Source: an uncultured Gemmatimonadaceae bacterium (GTDB lineage Bacteria; Gemmatimonadota; Gemmatimonadetes; Gemmatimonadales; Gemmatimonadaceae). Taken from it: a DNA stretch of 64,000 bases. The DNA is taken from contig CAVVTZ010000007.1 in NCBI GenBank assembly GCA_963751275.1, positions 128,001 through 192,000 on the forward strand, read 5' to 3'. Both the position numbers and the translations under genes were made by a program. The notes under the pieces were generated by a model. It was not told the DNA's origin and searched no databases. It saw only the letters and a list, made by a program, of their open reading frames with translations. The number at the start of each line of letters is the position of its first letter. The first letter of the stretch is position 1. Of this stretch, positions 9,792 to 19,249 are shown in pieces.

Positions 9792-9836
9792 CGAATGAAA
9801 AGGCGGCACTCGACAGAGTGCCGCCTTTTTCATTCG
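9792..9836. terminator. Bidirectional intrinsic terminator (csp / argH)
   Basis: AAAAGGCGGCACTC-gaca-GAGTGCCGCCTTTTT. Confidence 0.88.
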
Positions 9837-9880
9837 TCTGGATCGACCATCGCGCCGCGTGCCCCGGCGGCCGCGAACAA

Positions 9881-11333
9881 CTAGTCGCGAGCGAGGCGGA
9901 GTTCGTTGCCGCGAGGGACCTCGACGGCCACAGCGAGGGTCGCGACGGCGGCCTCGAGCTGGCTCGACACGGCGTTCGGGCCGGTGGCGCCCTCGACCTC
10001 GCGGCGATTCACACTCGCCTGCGCGGAGAGCGCATCGAAGAGATCGGCGCCGAACGCGGCGTGCGATTGCGCGAACGTCTTCAGCGGCAGGGCGCTGAGT
10101 TCGACGCCCTGCGACTCGGCCTCGCGCACGAGGCGGCCGACCGCCGCATGGGCGTCGCGGAAGGTGACGCCCTGGGCGACGAGATAATCGGCGAGGTCGG
10201 TCGCCATCATCGTGCTCGAGAGCGACTCGCTCATCCGATCCGTGCGGAAGACGCACTCGGCGAGCGCGCCGGCGACCGCGGGGAGGACGCGCTGCATGGT
10301 GTCCACCGCATCGAACAGCGCGCGCTTGTCGTCCTGGATGTCCTTGTTGTATCCGGTGGGAAGACCCTTGAGCGTCGCGAGCAACGACGTGAGATCGCCG
10401 AGCACGCGGCCGCCGGATCCACGGGCGAGCTCGAAGCACGTCGGGGTTCCGCTTCTGCGGCATCATGCTCGAGCCGGTGGTGAAGCGCTCACCGAACTTG
10501 AGGAAACCGAACTCGGCCGTGCCGAAGAGCACCAGATCCTCGGCGAGGCGCGAAAGATGAATGCCAAGCATCGCGGCGGCGTAGAGCAGGTCGGCGACGA
10601 AATCGCGGTCGCTGACGGCGTCGATGCTGTTGGGCGACAGGCGCGCGAAGCCGAGCGTCTCCTGCAGCAGCACGCGGGAGATGGGATAGGCACAGCCCGC
10701 AATGGCGCCGGAGCCGAGCGGGAGCGCGGCGGCGGCGCGCGAGGCAGCGGCGAGGCGGCGGCGGTCGCGATCGAGCGGCCAGAAATGCGAGAGCATCCAA
10801 TGTGCGGCGGCCACCGGCTGGGCGCGCTGCAGGTGCGTGTACGACGGCATGAGGGCGCGGGCGTGGTGGAGATCGCTCGCATGTGCGACCAGGACGTGCT
10901 GCAACGTGCGGATCGCCGCGTCGAGCGTGGCGGTCGCGTCCATTGCCCAGAGGCGGGTGGCCGTGGCGACCTGATCGTTGCGGCTGCGGCCGGTATGGAG
11001 CTTGGACGCGACGTCGCCGACCTCGTCGTGGAGCAACCGGTCGATGAGCGTGTGCACGTCCTCGTCCGAGGGAACAGGCGCGGCGCCGGCGCGGAGGCGG
11101 ACGGCCACCGCATCGAGCCCGCGCTCGAGCTCGCGGCTCTCCTCGAGCGTGAGGACGCCGGCGTGCCAGAGCGCGACGGCCCAGGCCTTGGAGAGCTGGA
11201 TGTCGAACGGCCAGAGGCGGAGATCGACGTCGATGGAGCGGTTGAGCGTGTCGAGTTCGGGCGCGGAATCGCCGGTGAAGCGGCCGCCCCAGAGCTTGTG
11301 CGCCGCGGCGCCGTCCAGTTTGAGCGGCGTCAT
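9881..11333 (-). CDS. argH: Argininosuccinate lyase (frameshift near 10435)
   Basis: KLWGGRF, HTGRSRNDQV, TGSSMMPQKRNPD; C-terminus (GYNKDIQDDK, ATDLADYLV..FRDAH) is in the 9881..10405 frame. Confidence 0.95.
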
Positions 11334-12587
11334 GCGATCGCCAGCGCCTTCGGCTCGGGTGCGGCCGCGGCGGCGTCGCGCCGCGCGGCGAGCTCCTGGT
11401 CCTTGAGCGCGCGCACGCGCGTCGAGAGACCGTAGAGGCGGATGAAGCCGGCGGCGTCGCTCTGCTCGTACACGTCATCCTCGCCGAAGGTGACGAAGCG
11501 CTCGTCGTAGAGGGCGTGCTCGCTGGCCCGGCCGGCAATGGTGACCGTGCCGCGGTTCAGGCGCAGCGTGATGGAACCCGAGACGCGCTCCTGCGTGACG
11601 CCCACGAAGGCATCGTACGCATCGCGCTCGGTGGTCCACCAGCGGCCTTCGTATACGAGGTCCGCGTAGCGGGGCGCGATGAGATCCTTCGCGGCGAGCG
11701 TGCGGCGATCGAGCACGAGCTGCTCGAGTTCGCTGTGCGCCGTGTACAGCAGCGTGCCGCCGGGCGTCTCGTAGACGCCGCGCGACTTCATGCCGACGAG
11801 GCGGTCCTCGACGAGGTCGATGCGGCCGATGCCGTGCCGCGCGCCGATGGTGTTGAGCGCGGAGAGGAGCGCGATGGGCGGGAGCGCGGCGCCGTTGACG
11901 CTGACCGGCGTGCCGGATTCGAAGCCGATGGTGACGTCCTCGGGCGCCGCCGGCGCGGAGGCGGGATCGGCGGTGAGCTCGAAGAGGTCGGCGGGCGGGA
12001 CGCTGTTCGGGTCCTCGAGGATGCCGCCCTCGTGGGACAGGTGCCAAATGTTCCGGTCGCGCGAATAGATCTTGGCGGCGGTCGCGGCGACGGGGACGTT
12101 GTGGCGGCGGGCGTAGTCGAGGGCGTCCTCGCGGCTCCGGATATCCCATTCGCGCCAGGGCGCGATGACGGGAAGATCGGGCGCGAACGCCGCATACGTG
12201 AGCTCGAAGCGCACCTGATCGTTGCCCTTGCCCGTGCAGCCGTGGGCGAGCGCATCGGCGCCGACGGCGCGCGCGACCTCGACCTGGCGGCGCGGCAATG
12301 AGCGGGCGGGCCATCGAGGTGCCGAGCAGATACTTGCGGCCGTAGATGGCGCCGGCGCGGAGCGTGGGCCAGCAGAAATTCGTGATGAATTCTTCGCGGA
12401 GGTCCTCGACGTAGCACTCGTCGGCGCCGGACGCGATCGCCTTGGCGCGGATCCCTTCGAGTTCCTCGCCCTGTCCGATGTCGGCGGCGACGCAGATGAT
12501 GCGGGCGTCATAGCGCTCGCGGAGCCAGGGGACGATGATCGAGGTGTCGAGTCCGCCGGAATAGGCGAGGGCGATGGTGCGGATCAT
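11330..12587 (-). CDS. argG: Argininosuccinate synthase (frameshift near 12294)
   Basis: [21 protein letters not shown], then after the frame switch [13 protein letters not shown] and [13 protein letters not shown]. Confidence 0.95.
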
Positions 12588-12601
12588 GGGCAGGATGGCC
12601 A

Positions 12602-12640
12602 GAGGAATAAATATGCGTAACGCGTGCATATTTAGTCCGT
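12602..12640. promoter_or_regulatory. Tandem ARG boxes (ArgR operator) upstream of argG
   Basis: gaGGAATaaatATGCGta (12602-12619), a 3-bp gap, then cgTGCATatttAGTCCgt (12623-12640); a TTGACG -35 lies on the minus strand at 12652-12657. Confidence 0.75.
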
Positions 12641-12682
12641 TCTGGCGCCCCCGTCAAGAGGGCGGCGCGGCGCGCCGCCGGC

Positions 12683-13141
12683 TCAGGTGGCGCCGGCGAT
12701 CGAGCGGAGGCGGTGGGTGAGGCGTTCGCGCGCGGCGGCGGAGCGGCAGATGATGAGCACGGTGTCATCGCCGGCGACGGAGCCGAGGACCTCGGGCCAC
12801 TCCTCGGCGTCGAGCGCGACGCCGATCGGCTGGGCGCCGCCGGGCAGCGTGTGGAGGACGACCATCTCGCCGACGCCGCCGATCTCGGTGTACAGGTGCG
12901 GGAGGAGGGCCTCGAGCGGCGGCCGGTCGTCGGTGGTGGCGCCGGTGAGCGCATAGCGCACCGCGCCGCCGGGCGCGGGGACGCGGGCCACGCGCATCTC
13001 GCGCAGATCGCGCGAGAGCGTGGACTGCGTGACCGCCCAGCCTCGCTGCTTGAGCAGCCGGCGCAACTCCTCCTGGCTCTCCACCGCCCGCGAGCTGATG
13101 AGGTCGCGGATGCCGGCCTGCCGTTCCCGCTTGTTGGCCAT
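12683..13141 (-). CDS. argR: Arginine repressor
   Basis: SQEEL..VTQSTLSRDLRE..TLPGGAQ..VLGSVAGDDT. Confidence 0.95.
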   Translation of the reverse strand: MANKRERQAGIRDLISSRAVESQEELRRLLKQRGWAVTQSTLSRDLREMRVARVPAPGGAVRYALTGATTDDRPPLEALLPHLYTEIGGVGEMVVLHTLPGGAQPIGVALDAEEWPEVLGSVAGDDTVLIICRSAAARERLTHRLRSIAGAT

Positions 13142-13193
13142 GCGGAGAGCATAACCGCCGGCCGGGCGGCGGGCCAGGGCGCGGCGCGGCGTA

Positions 13194-13245
13194 TTGACAA
13201 CGGGGCGATGGGAATTTATGCATTCCCAATGCATAAAGTCCCGAT
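13194..13245 (+). promoter_or_regulatory. argC promoter (TTGACA) with tandem ARG boxes overlapping the start codon
   Basis: TTGACA at 13194-13199; gaTGGGAatttATGCAtt (13207-13224), a 3-bp gap, then aaTGCATaaagTCCCGat (13228-13245). Confidence 0.7.
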
Positions 13246-14197
13246 TGGGGTCCTCGGCGCCAGTGGATACGCCGGACGCGAGCTGCTCGCGCTCATTGGG
13301 CGTCATCCCGCGATGACGCTCGCCTTCGCCGCGGCCGGCACGCGGCGCGGCGAGCGCGCCGAGGTCGGCGACCGCGTCATCACGTTCGCGGCCACCGAGG
13401 ACGCCCCGCTCGGCGACGCCGCGCTGGTCTTCAGCGCGCTGCCGCATGGCGAGTCGGCCGTGTGGGTGGGCTCCGCGCGCGCCGCCGGCGCGAAGGTCGT
13501 GGACCTCTCGTCGGACCTGCGGCCCGGCGCCGGAATGGCCATGGCGGCGGCGGTGCCGTACGGACTCACCGAAGTCGCGCGCGACGCCGTGCGCGGCGCG
13601 GACGTCGTGGCGAATCCCGGTTGCTACGCGACGGCGGCCCTGCTCGCGCTCGCACCGCTCGCGGCCCGCGGTCTGATCGCGCCCGGCGCGACGGTCACGA
13701 TCAACGCGGCCAGCGGCGTCACCGGCGCGGGCTTCACGCCGCGGCGCGATCTGCTGTTCGCCGAGGTGGCCGAGGACTTCCGCGCGTATGCGCTGGGCAA
13801 CACGCACCGCCACGCGAGCGAGATGCGCGCCGTGCTCGCGTCGTTCGGCAGCGATGCGGACCTCGTCTTCACGCCGCACCTCCTGCCGGTGGCGCGCGGG
13901 ATCCTCGCGACGATCCTCGTGCCCGTCACCGAGATGCCGGCCAATGTGCTCGCGCCCTGGCGCGAGCAGTACGCGGGGGAGCCGTTCATCGAGATCACGG
14001 AGGAGGCGCCGTCGCTGCGCGACGTCACGCGCCGGAACGTGATGCGGTTGACCGCGCGCCCGGTGGCCGGCGTGCGCCGGCCGATGCTGCAGGTGATCGC
14101 GGCGATCGACAACCTGATGAAGGGCGCCGCGGGACAGGCGATGCAGAACGCGAACCTCGCGCTCGGGCTCGATGAGACGATGGGGCTCCCCGCATGA
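13229..14197 (+). CDS. argC: N-acetyl-gamma-glutamyl-phosphate reductase
   Basis: GVLGASGYAG, VVANPGCYAT, SGVTGAG, HRH, IDNLMKGAAGQAMQN. Confidence 0.96.
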   Translation: MHKVPIGVLGASGYAGRELLALIGRHPAMTLAFAAAGTRRGERAEVGDRVITFAATEDAPLGDAALVFSALPHGESAVWVGSARAAGAKVVDLSSDLRPGAGMAMAAAVPYGLTEVARDAVRGADVVANPGCYATAALLALAPLAARGLIAPGATVTINAASGVTGAGFTPRRDLLFAEVAEDFRAYALGNTHRHASEMRAVLASFGSDADLVFTPHLLPVARGILATILVPVTEMPANVLAPWREQYAGEPFIEITEEAPSLRDVTRRNVMRLTARPVAGVRRPMLQVIAAIDNLMKGAAGQAMQNANLALGLDETMGLPA

Positions 14198-14958
14198 CGC
14201 GCGTCATCAAAGTGGGCGGGCGCGCGCAGGAGGATCCGCAATTGGCGGCCGCGCTCGCGGCGGCGTGCGGCCGGGCGCCGGGCGGTGTGTGCATCGTGCA
14301 CGGCGGCGGGGCGGCGGTGAGCGCCTTGCAGCGGGCCATGGGAGCGGAGCCGGCATTCGTCGGCGGACGGCGCGTCACGACGGCGGCCGATGTCGAGCTC
14401 GTGCGCATGGCGCTCTCGGGCACGGCGAACAAACAACTGGTCGCGCGTCTGATCACCACCGGCATCGCTGCCGTGGGGATCTCGGGCGAGGACGGTGCGC
14501 TGATCGGAGCGCGCGCGGTGGCCGCGGCGATCCTCGGGCGGGTGGGCGTACCGGAGACGGTGAACGCGGCCCTCCTGCACTACCTGATGCGCGGCGGCTA
14601 CGTGCCGGTGATCTCGCCGGTGGCGCGGGACCTGGCGCACACCGACGGTGCGCCGCTCAATGTGAACGGCGATGATGCGGCGGCCATGATCGCGGCCGCG
14701 CTTGGCGCGGACGAGCTGCTCTTCGTGAGCGATGTGCCCGGTGTGATCGTGCGCGGCGAGCGCGTCGCGGAACTCGCGGCTGCCGAAGCCATGCGCGCCA
14801 TTGCCGACGGGACCGCGAACGGCGGCATGGTCGCGAAGCTCGAGGCGGCGGCGCGCGCGCTGGCGGGCGGCGTCGCGCGCGTGCGGATCGGCGGGATCGG
14901 CGCGCTGGGCGACGATGCGGCCGGCACGCTGCTCACATCGACGCTGGCGGCCGCGTGA
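14194..14958 (+). CDS. argB: Acetylglutamate kinase
   Basis: VIKVGG, IVHGGG, GRRVT, LNVNGDDAA, SDVPGV, GGMVAKL. Confidence 0.95.
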   Translation: MTRVIKVGGRAQEDPQLAAALAAACGRAPGGVCIVHGGGAAVSALQRAMGAEPAFVGGRRVTTAADVELVRMALSGTANKQLVARLITTGIAAVGISGEDGALIGARAVAAAILGRVGVPETVNAALLHYLMRGGYVPVISPVARDLAHTDGAPLNVNGDDAAAMIAAALGADELLFVSDVPGVIVRGERVAELAAAEAMRAIADGTANGGMVAKLEAAARALAGGVARVRIGGIGALGDDAAGTLLTSTLAAA

Positions 14959-16169
14959 GCGCGCTGCCCGTGATGGAGACGATCACACCCGTCGCGGAGA
15001 CGGCGCTCCCCGGCGTCGAGCCGCTGCTCGGCATCTATCGCCGCCCGCCCGTGGAATTCGCGCGCGGCGCGGGGGTCGAGTTGTTCGACACCGATGGACG
15101 CGCCTATCTCGACTTCACGAGCGGGATCGGCGTGAACGCGCTGGGCTACGGCGACGCCGGCATCGCGGCGGCGGCGCGCGACGCGCTGGCGCAGGGGATC
15201 GTGCACGCCTCGAATCTGTTCCACACCGGACCGGCGCGCACGCTGGCGGCAACGCTGGTGGCGCAATCGTTCGCGTCGAGCGTGTTCTTCTGCAATTCAG
15301 GCGCGGAAGCGAACGAGGGCGCGTTCAAGTTCGCGCGGCGCTGGGCGCGCGAGGGTGGCGGGGAGACGAAGCACACGATCCTCGCGCTCCGGGGCGGATT
15401 CCACGGGCGACTGTTCGCGTCGCTCGCCGCGACGGACCGTCCCGAGTATCGCGCGCCGTTCACGCCACTCGCTGGCGGCGTGCGGATCCTCGAGCGCGAT
15501 CTCGCCGAGTTGGATCGGGCGCTCCAGGCCGGGGACGTCGCGGCCGTGATCGCCGAGCCGGTGCAGGGGGAGGGCGGCGTGCGCGTCCTCGAGGTGGAAT
15601 TCCTGCAGGCGCTGCGCGCGATGACGACCGCGCACGGTGCGGCGCTCATCCTCGATGAAGTGCAGTGCGGTCTCGGGCGCACAGGATGGCTCTTCGCGCA
15701 CGAACGCGCCGGCATCACGCCGGATTTGATGACGCTGGCAAAGCCGCTGGCCGGCGGGTTCCCGATGGGCGCCGTGTTGATGACGGCCGAGATCGCGGCG
15801 ACGCTGAAACCGGGCGATCACGGGACGACGTTCGGCGGCGGCCCGGTGGTGGCGGCCGTCGCGAACCATGTGCTCGAGCGGCTGAGCGATGATGCGTTGC
15901 TCGCGCGCGTGCGGTCGGACGGCGAGTGGATGGGTGAGGCGCTGCGCGCCGTGGCGGCGCGCACGGGGCGCATCCGCGCGCTGCGCGGGTTGGGGTTCAT
16001 GTGGGGGGTGGACGTGATGGAGCCGGCATCGACGATCGTGGCGCGGGCGCGGGAGAACGGATTGCTCCTGTGCAGCGCCGGTGAATACACGATCCGCCTC
16101 CTGCCGCCGCTCGTGGCGGAGCGGACCGATCTCGCGCGCGGGATCGCGCTGCTGGAGGGAGCCCTGTGA
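14955..16169 (+). CDS. argD: Acetylornithine aminotransferase
   Basis: YLDFTSGIGV, CNSGAEANE, DEVQCGLGRTG, LAKPLAGG, HGTTFGG; arg context. Confidence 0.95.
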   Translation: MSALPVMETITPVAETALPGVEPLLGIYRRPPVEFARGAGVELFDTDGRAYLDFTSGIGVNALGYGDAGIAAAARDALAQGIVHASNLFHTGPARTLAATLVAQSFASSVFFCNSGAEANEGAFKFARRWAREGGGETKHTILALRGGFHGRLFASLAATDRPEYRAPFTPLAGGVRILERDLAELDRALQAGDVAAVIAEPVQGEGGVRVLEVEFLQALRAMTTAHGAALILDEVQCGLGRTGWLFAHERAGITPDLMTLAKPLAGGFPMGAVLMTAEIAATLKPGDHGTTFGGGPVVAAVANHVLERLSDDALLARVRSDGEWMGEALRAVAARTGRIRALRGLGFMWGVDVMEPASTIVARARENGLLLCSAGEYTIRLLPPLVAERTDLARGIALLEGAL

Positions 16170-16663
16170 TGACCGGATGCGTCACGTTCCGCATGGCGGA
16201 GCCGGCTGATGTGGCGGGGATCGTCGGTCTGGTGAACTCGTTCGCGGCGGAGAAGATCATGCTGCCGCGCACGGTGGAGTCGGTGGCCATCGCCCTGCAC
16301 GACTTCGCCGTGGCGTGCGACGAGGACGGGCGCGTGCTCGCGTGCGGCGCGCTGAAGGAGTATTCGCCGTCGCTGGCGGAGGTGGCCTCGGTCGCCGTCG
16401 CGCGCGAGGCGCACGGGGCCGGGCTGGGCCGGGCGATCATCGAGCGGCTGGAAGCGCTCGCGCGCCGGCGCGGCATCGCGGAGCTGTTCGCGCTCACGCT
16501 GACGCCGAACTTCTTCGAGAAGGCCGGGTACGAGGTCATCGATCGCGCGCATTACCCCGAGAAGGTGCGGCGGGATTGCGCGGGTTGCGCGCGGCGCTTC
16601 GGTTGCGCGGAGATCTGCGTGCGGCGTCTGCTCGACGCGAGCGCGCTCGCGCTGGCCGCCTAG
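16166..16663 (+). CDS. argA: Short GNAT N-acetylglutamate synthase
   Basis: MLPRT, LAEVASVAV..GAGLG, LFALT..FFEKAG, EKVRRDCxxC; ends the arg operon. Confidence 0.85.
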   Translation: MMTGCVTFRMAEPADVAGIVGLVNSFAAEKIMLPRTVESVAIALHDFAVACDEDGRVLACGALKEYSPSLAEVASVAVAREAHGAGLGRAIIERLEALARRRGIAELFALTLTPNFFEKAGYEVIDRAHYPEKVRRDCAGCARRFGCAEICVRRLLDASALALAA

Positions 16664-16774
16664 GCGTCTCTTCGGGGCGCCATCGGTGGCGTCCCACCAT
16701 TATCAGTCGTCATCCCCGTGGTGCCCGCGGCAAGTTCGTCGCGGATCCTCATTGCCTATTCGGAGGTCGTTCTC

Positions 16775-17329
16775 ATGAAACGGTTCATCCTCGGCGCCGC
16801 AGTCGCCATGGCCGCGGCCGCTCCGGCGGGCGCGCAGATCGGCTTCGGCCTCATGGGCGGCGTTTCCATTCCGCAAAGCACGCTCGCGGATTACGCGAAC
16901 TCAGGCTGGATCGGCGGCGCCACGCTCCGCTTCGGCGCGCCCGTCGTTCCGGTGCACTTCCGCATCGATGGCACGTACGCCGACATGCTCGGCAAGACGA
17001 TCACCGTGCCCGGTCCGGCGACCGTGAAGAACGACTTCGCGGTCTACAGCGCCACGGCGAACGTGCAATGGAACATGCTCGGGCCGGTGTACCTCATCGG
17101 CGGCGTCGGCTACTACGGCGTGCAACAGAAGCTCACCGTGACATCGCCGCCGGCGCCGAGCGTGACGAACACGCAATCGGGTTTCGGATACAACGCCGGC
17201 ATCGGGGTGAAGCTCGCCATGCTGTTCGTCGAGGCGCGCTGGAACGATGTGAGCAACGGACTGGTGCAGAGCGATGGGTCGAAGAAGAATCTGGAGTACA
17301 TCCCGATCACCGTGGGGATCATGTTCTAG
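16775..17329 (+). CDS. Outer-membrane beta-barrel (OmpA/OMP_b-brl-like) protein
   Basis: Signal peptide, alternating beta-strands, YLIGGVGYY, GYNAGIG and a terminal Phe. Confidence 0.8.
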   Translation: MKRFILGAAVAMAAAAPAGAQIGFGLMGGVSIPQSTLADYANSGWIGGATLRFGAPVVPVHFRIDGTYADMLGKTITVPGPATVKNDFAVYSATANVQWNMLGPVYLIGGVGYYGVQQKLTVTSPPAPSVTNTQSGFGYNAGIGVKLAMLFVEARWNDVSNGLVQSDGSKKNLEYIPITVGIMF

Positions 17330-17358
17330 CCGCTTCGCGGCGCACTGCTGTGATCCGG

Positions 17359-17391
17359 ACGGCCCCGCCACGCGGCGGGGCCGTTCCGTTT
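17359..17391 (+). terminator. Putative intrinsic terminator
   Basis: ACGGCCCCGCC-acgc-GGCGGGGCCGT followed by a T-rich tail. Confidence 0.65.
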
Positions 17392-17461
17392 CCCGGGAGT
17401 CACTGGCCGTCCGGCGCGGGCGGGTGCAACATTTCCCCTGTCCCCCGATCCGGAGATCCGC

Positions 17462-19249
17462 ATGATCCGCTCCCGCGCGCCGTTCATCGGCGCCGCGTTC
17501 GCCGCCGTCGCTCTGTCGCTCGCCCTGCCAATGTCCGTCGCGCAGTCACAGGCGGAGCCCGACACGGCGGGCGTGCGCAAAGTGTTCGAAGCGAACATCG
17601 ACGCCATCCACAAGCGCGACCGGACGCGGTATCTCTCGTACTACATCGAGACAGAGACGCTCGCCCGGAACGGCACGGGCGGTCTGGAGACCGGCTACAA
17701 GGATTGGGCGGCGATCCGCGACAACACCTGGCCGGACACGCTCGTCGCGCGCGACCTGCGGCTGGTGCCGATCGCGCCCGGCGTGGTCTACGGCACATAC
17801 CACTATCGCCAAGTGGTGCATAACGGGCCGACGATCGAAGGGATCTCCGAGCGGATCTTCGTGAAGACGCCGAAGGGGTGGAAGATCGCGGTGAGCACGG
17901 CGTTCGGATTGTCGGCGGGCGCGTCCCCGCCTCCGGTCGCGCTGGTGGGCGGGACGCTGGTGAATCCGGGAAGACCGGCGGTGCCGAACGCGGTCGTCGT
18001 CGTGCGGGGCGGACGCATCGTGTGCGCCGGTGCGCGCGCGGAGTGCCCTGTCCCCGCCGGGATCGAAGTGGTGGATGTGCGCGGGAAATTCATCGGCCCC
18101 GGGTTGATCGACGCGCACGTGCATTATTCGCAGACCGGTTGGGTGGACGGCCGGCCGGATGCGATCGATCTGCGCGCGCAATTCCCTTATGACTCGGTGG
18201 TCGCGGCACTGCACCATGATCCGTCGCGGTTCGACCGCGCCTACCTGTGCAGCGGCGTCACGAGCGTGTTCGATGTGGGCGGCTATCCGTGGACGCTCAC
18301 GATGGCGCGCGAGCACGAGGCGGCGCTCAACACGCCGCGGATGGAGGCGGCGGGCCCGTTGCTCACGACGTATGACACCTGGCTGAACACGGCGGTGGAG
18401 CGGCAGTTCATCTACATGCGCAGTGATTCCGCGGTGCGGGCGGGCGTGCGCGCGCTGGCGCGCGATGGGGCGAGCGCGATCAAGGTCTGGTATCTCGCGG
18501 TGCCGGACTCGCAACGCGCGGCGATGCGCGCGCGATTGATGGTCGCCGGCGAGGAAGCGAAGCGCGCCGGACTCCCGCTCATCGTCCACGCGACGCAGCT
18601 GGCGAACGCGAAGGATGCGCTGCACGCCGGCGTGAAGGTGCTCGTGCACAGCGTGGCGCCGGAGGATATCGACGATGAGTTCCTCGCGCTCGCGAAGGCG
18701 AACGGCACGATCGTGATCCCGACGCTCACGGTCTTCGAGGGATACGCGGATGTGTACGCCGGCCGTTCGCCGGCGGCGCGGTATCCGCTGGCCTGCGTGG
18801 ATCCGGTGACGCGCGCCCATCTCGAGACCGCGCTGCCGGATTCGTTGCGCGCCGCGCGGCTGGCCCGAATGAAGCAGACGGGCTTCTTCGACAGTGCGTT
18901 CCACGCCACCGAACGAAACGTGCGTCGCATGCGTAGTGCGGGCATACCGATCGCGATGGGCACGGACGCCGGGAACCCGGGCACCGCGCCCGGGCCGAGC
19001 GTGTACCGGGAGATGGAGGCGCTCCAGGCGGCGGGCATGCCGGCGGCGGAGGTGTTCGCGTCGGCGACGATCGTCGCGGCGCGCGCGATGGGGCGCGACG
19101 GCGACCTCGGCCTGCTCGAAGCAAAGCGCGCGGCGGACCTCGTGGTATGGTCGGCCGATCCGACGTCCGACATCGGGAACGCCAAGATGGTGGTGATGGT
19201 GATGAAGGGCGGTTCGCTCTACGGGCGCGCCGAGTTGCTGCCGAAGTGA
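17462..19249 (+). CDS. Secreted amidohydrolase-family protein with N-terminal NTF2/SnoaL-like domain
   Basis: Signal peptide; NTF2-like segment ending KGWKIAVS; PGLIDAHVH, AIKVW, IVHAT, LVHS, MGTDAG, ADLVV. Confidence 0.85.
   Translation: MIRSRAPFIGAAFAAVALSLALPMSVAQSQAEPDTAGVRKVFEANIDAIHKRDRTRYLSYYIETETLARNGTGGLETGYKDWAAIRDNTWPDTLVARDLRLVPIAPGVVYGTYHYRQVVHNGPTIEGISERIFVKTPKGWKIAVSTAFGLSAGASPPPVALVGGTLVNPGRPAVPNAVVVVRGGRIVCAGARAECPVPAGIEVVDVRGKFIGPGLIDAHVHYSQTGWVDGRPDAIDLRAQFPYDSVVAALHHDPSRFDRAYLCSGVTSVFDVGGYPWTLTMAREHEAALNTPRMEAAGPLLTTYDTWLNTAVERQFIYMRSDSAVRAGVRALARDGASAIKVWYLAVPDSQRAAMRARLMVAGEEAKRAGLPLIVHATQLANAKDALHAGVKVLVHSVAPEDIDDEFLALAKANGTIVIPTLTVFEGYADVYAGRSPAARYPLACVDPVTRAHLETALPDSLRAARLARMKQTGFFDSAFHATERNVRRMRSAGIPIAMGTDAGNPGTAPGPSVYREMEALQAAGMPAAEVFASATIVAARAMGRDGDLGLLEAKRAADLVVWSADPTSDIGNAKMVVMVMKGGSLYGRAELLPK

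Noticed and set aside
9881..12587. argG and argH as pseudogenes (arginine auxotrophy)
   Set aside because: Single indels with intact motifs and operators, and the same error pattern occurs across the window.
12713..13228. Long N-terminal extension of ArgC, and similar extensions of ArgR, IspG, the GH3 protein and the SDR
   Set aside because: Stop-poor high-GC frames overlapping real genes; conserved N-termini start later.
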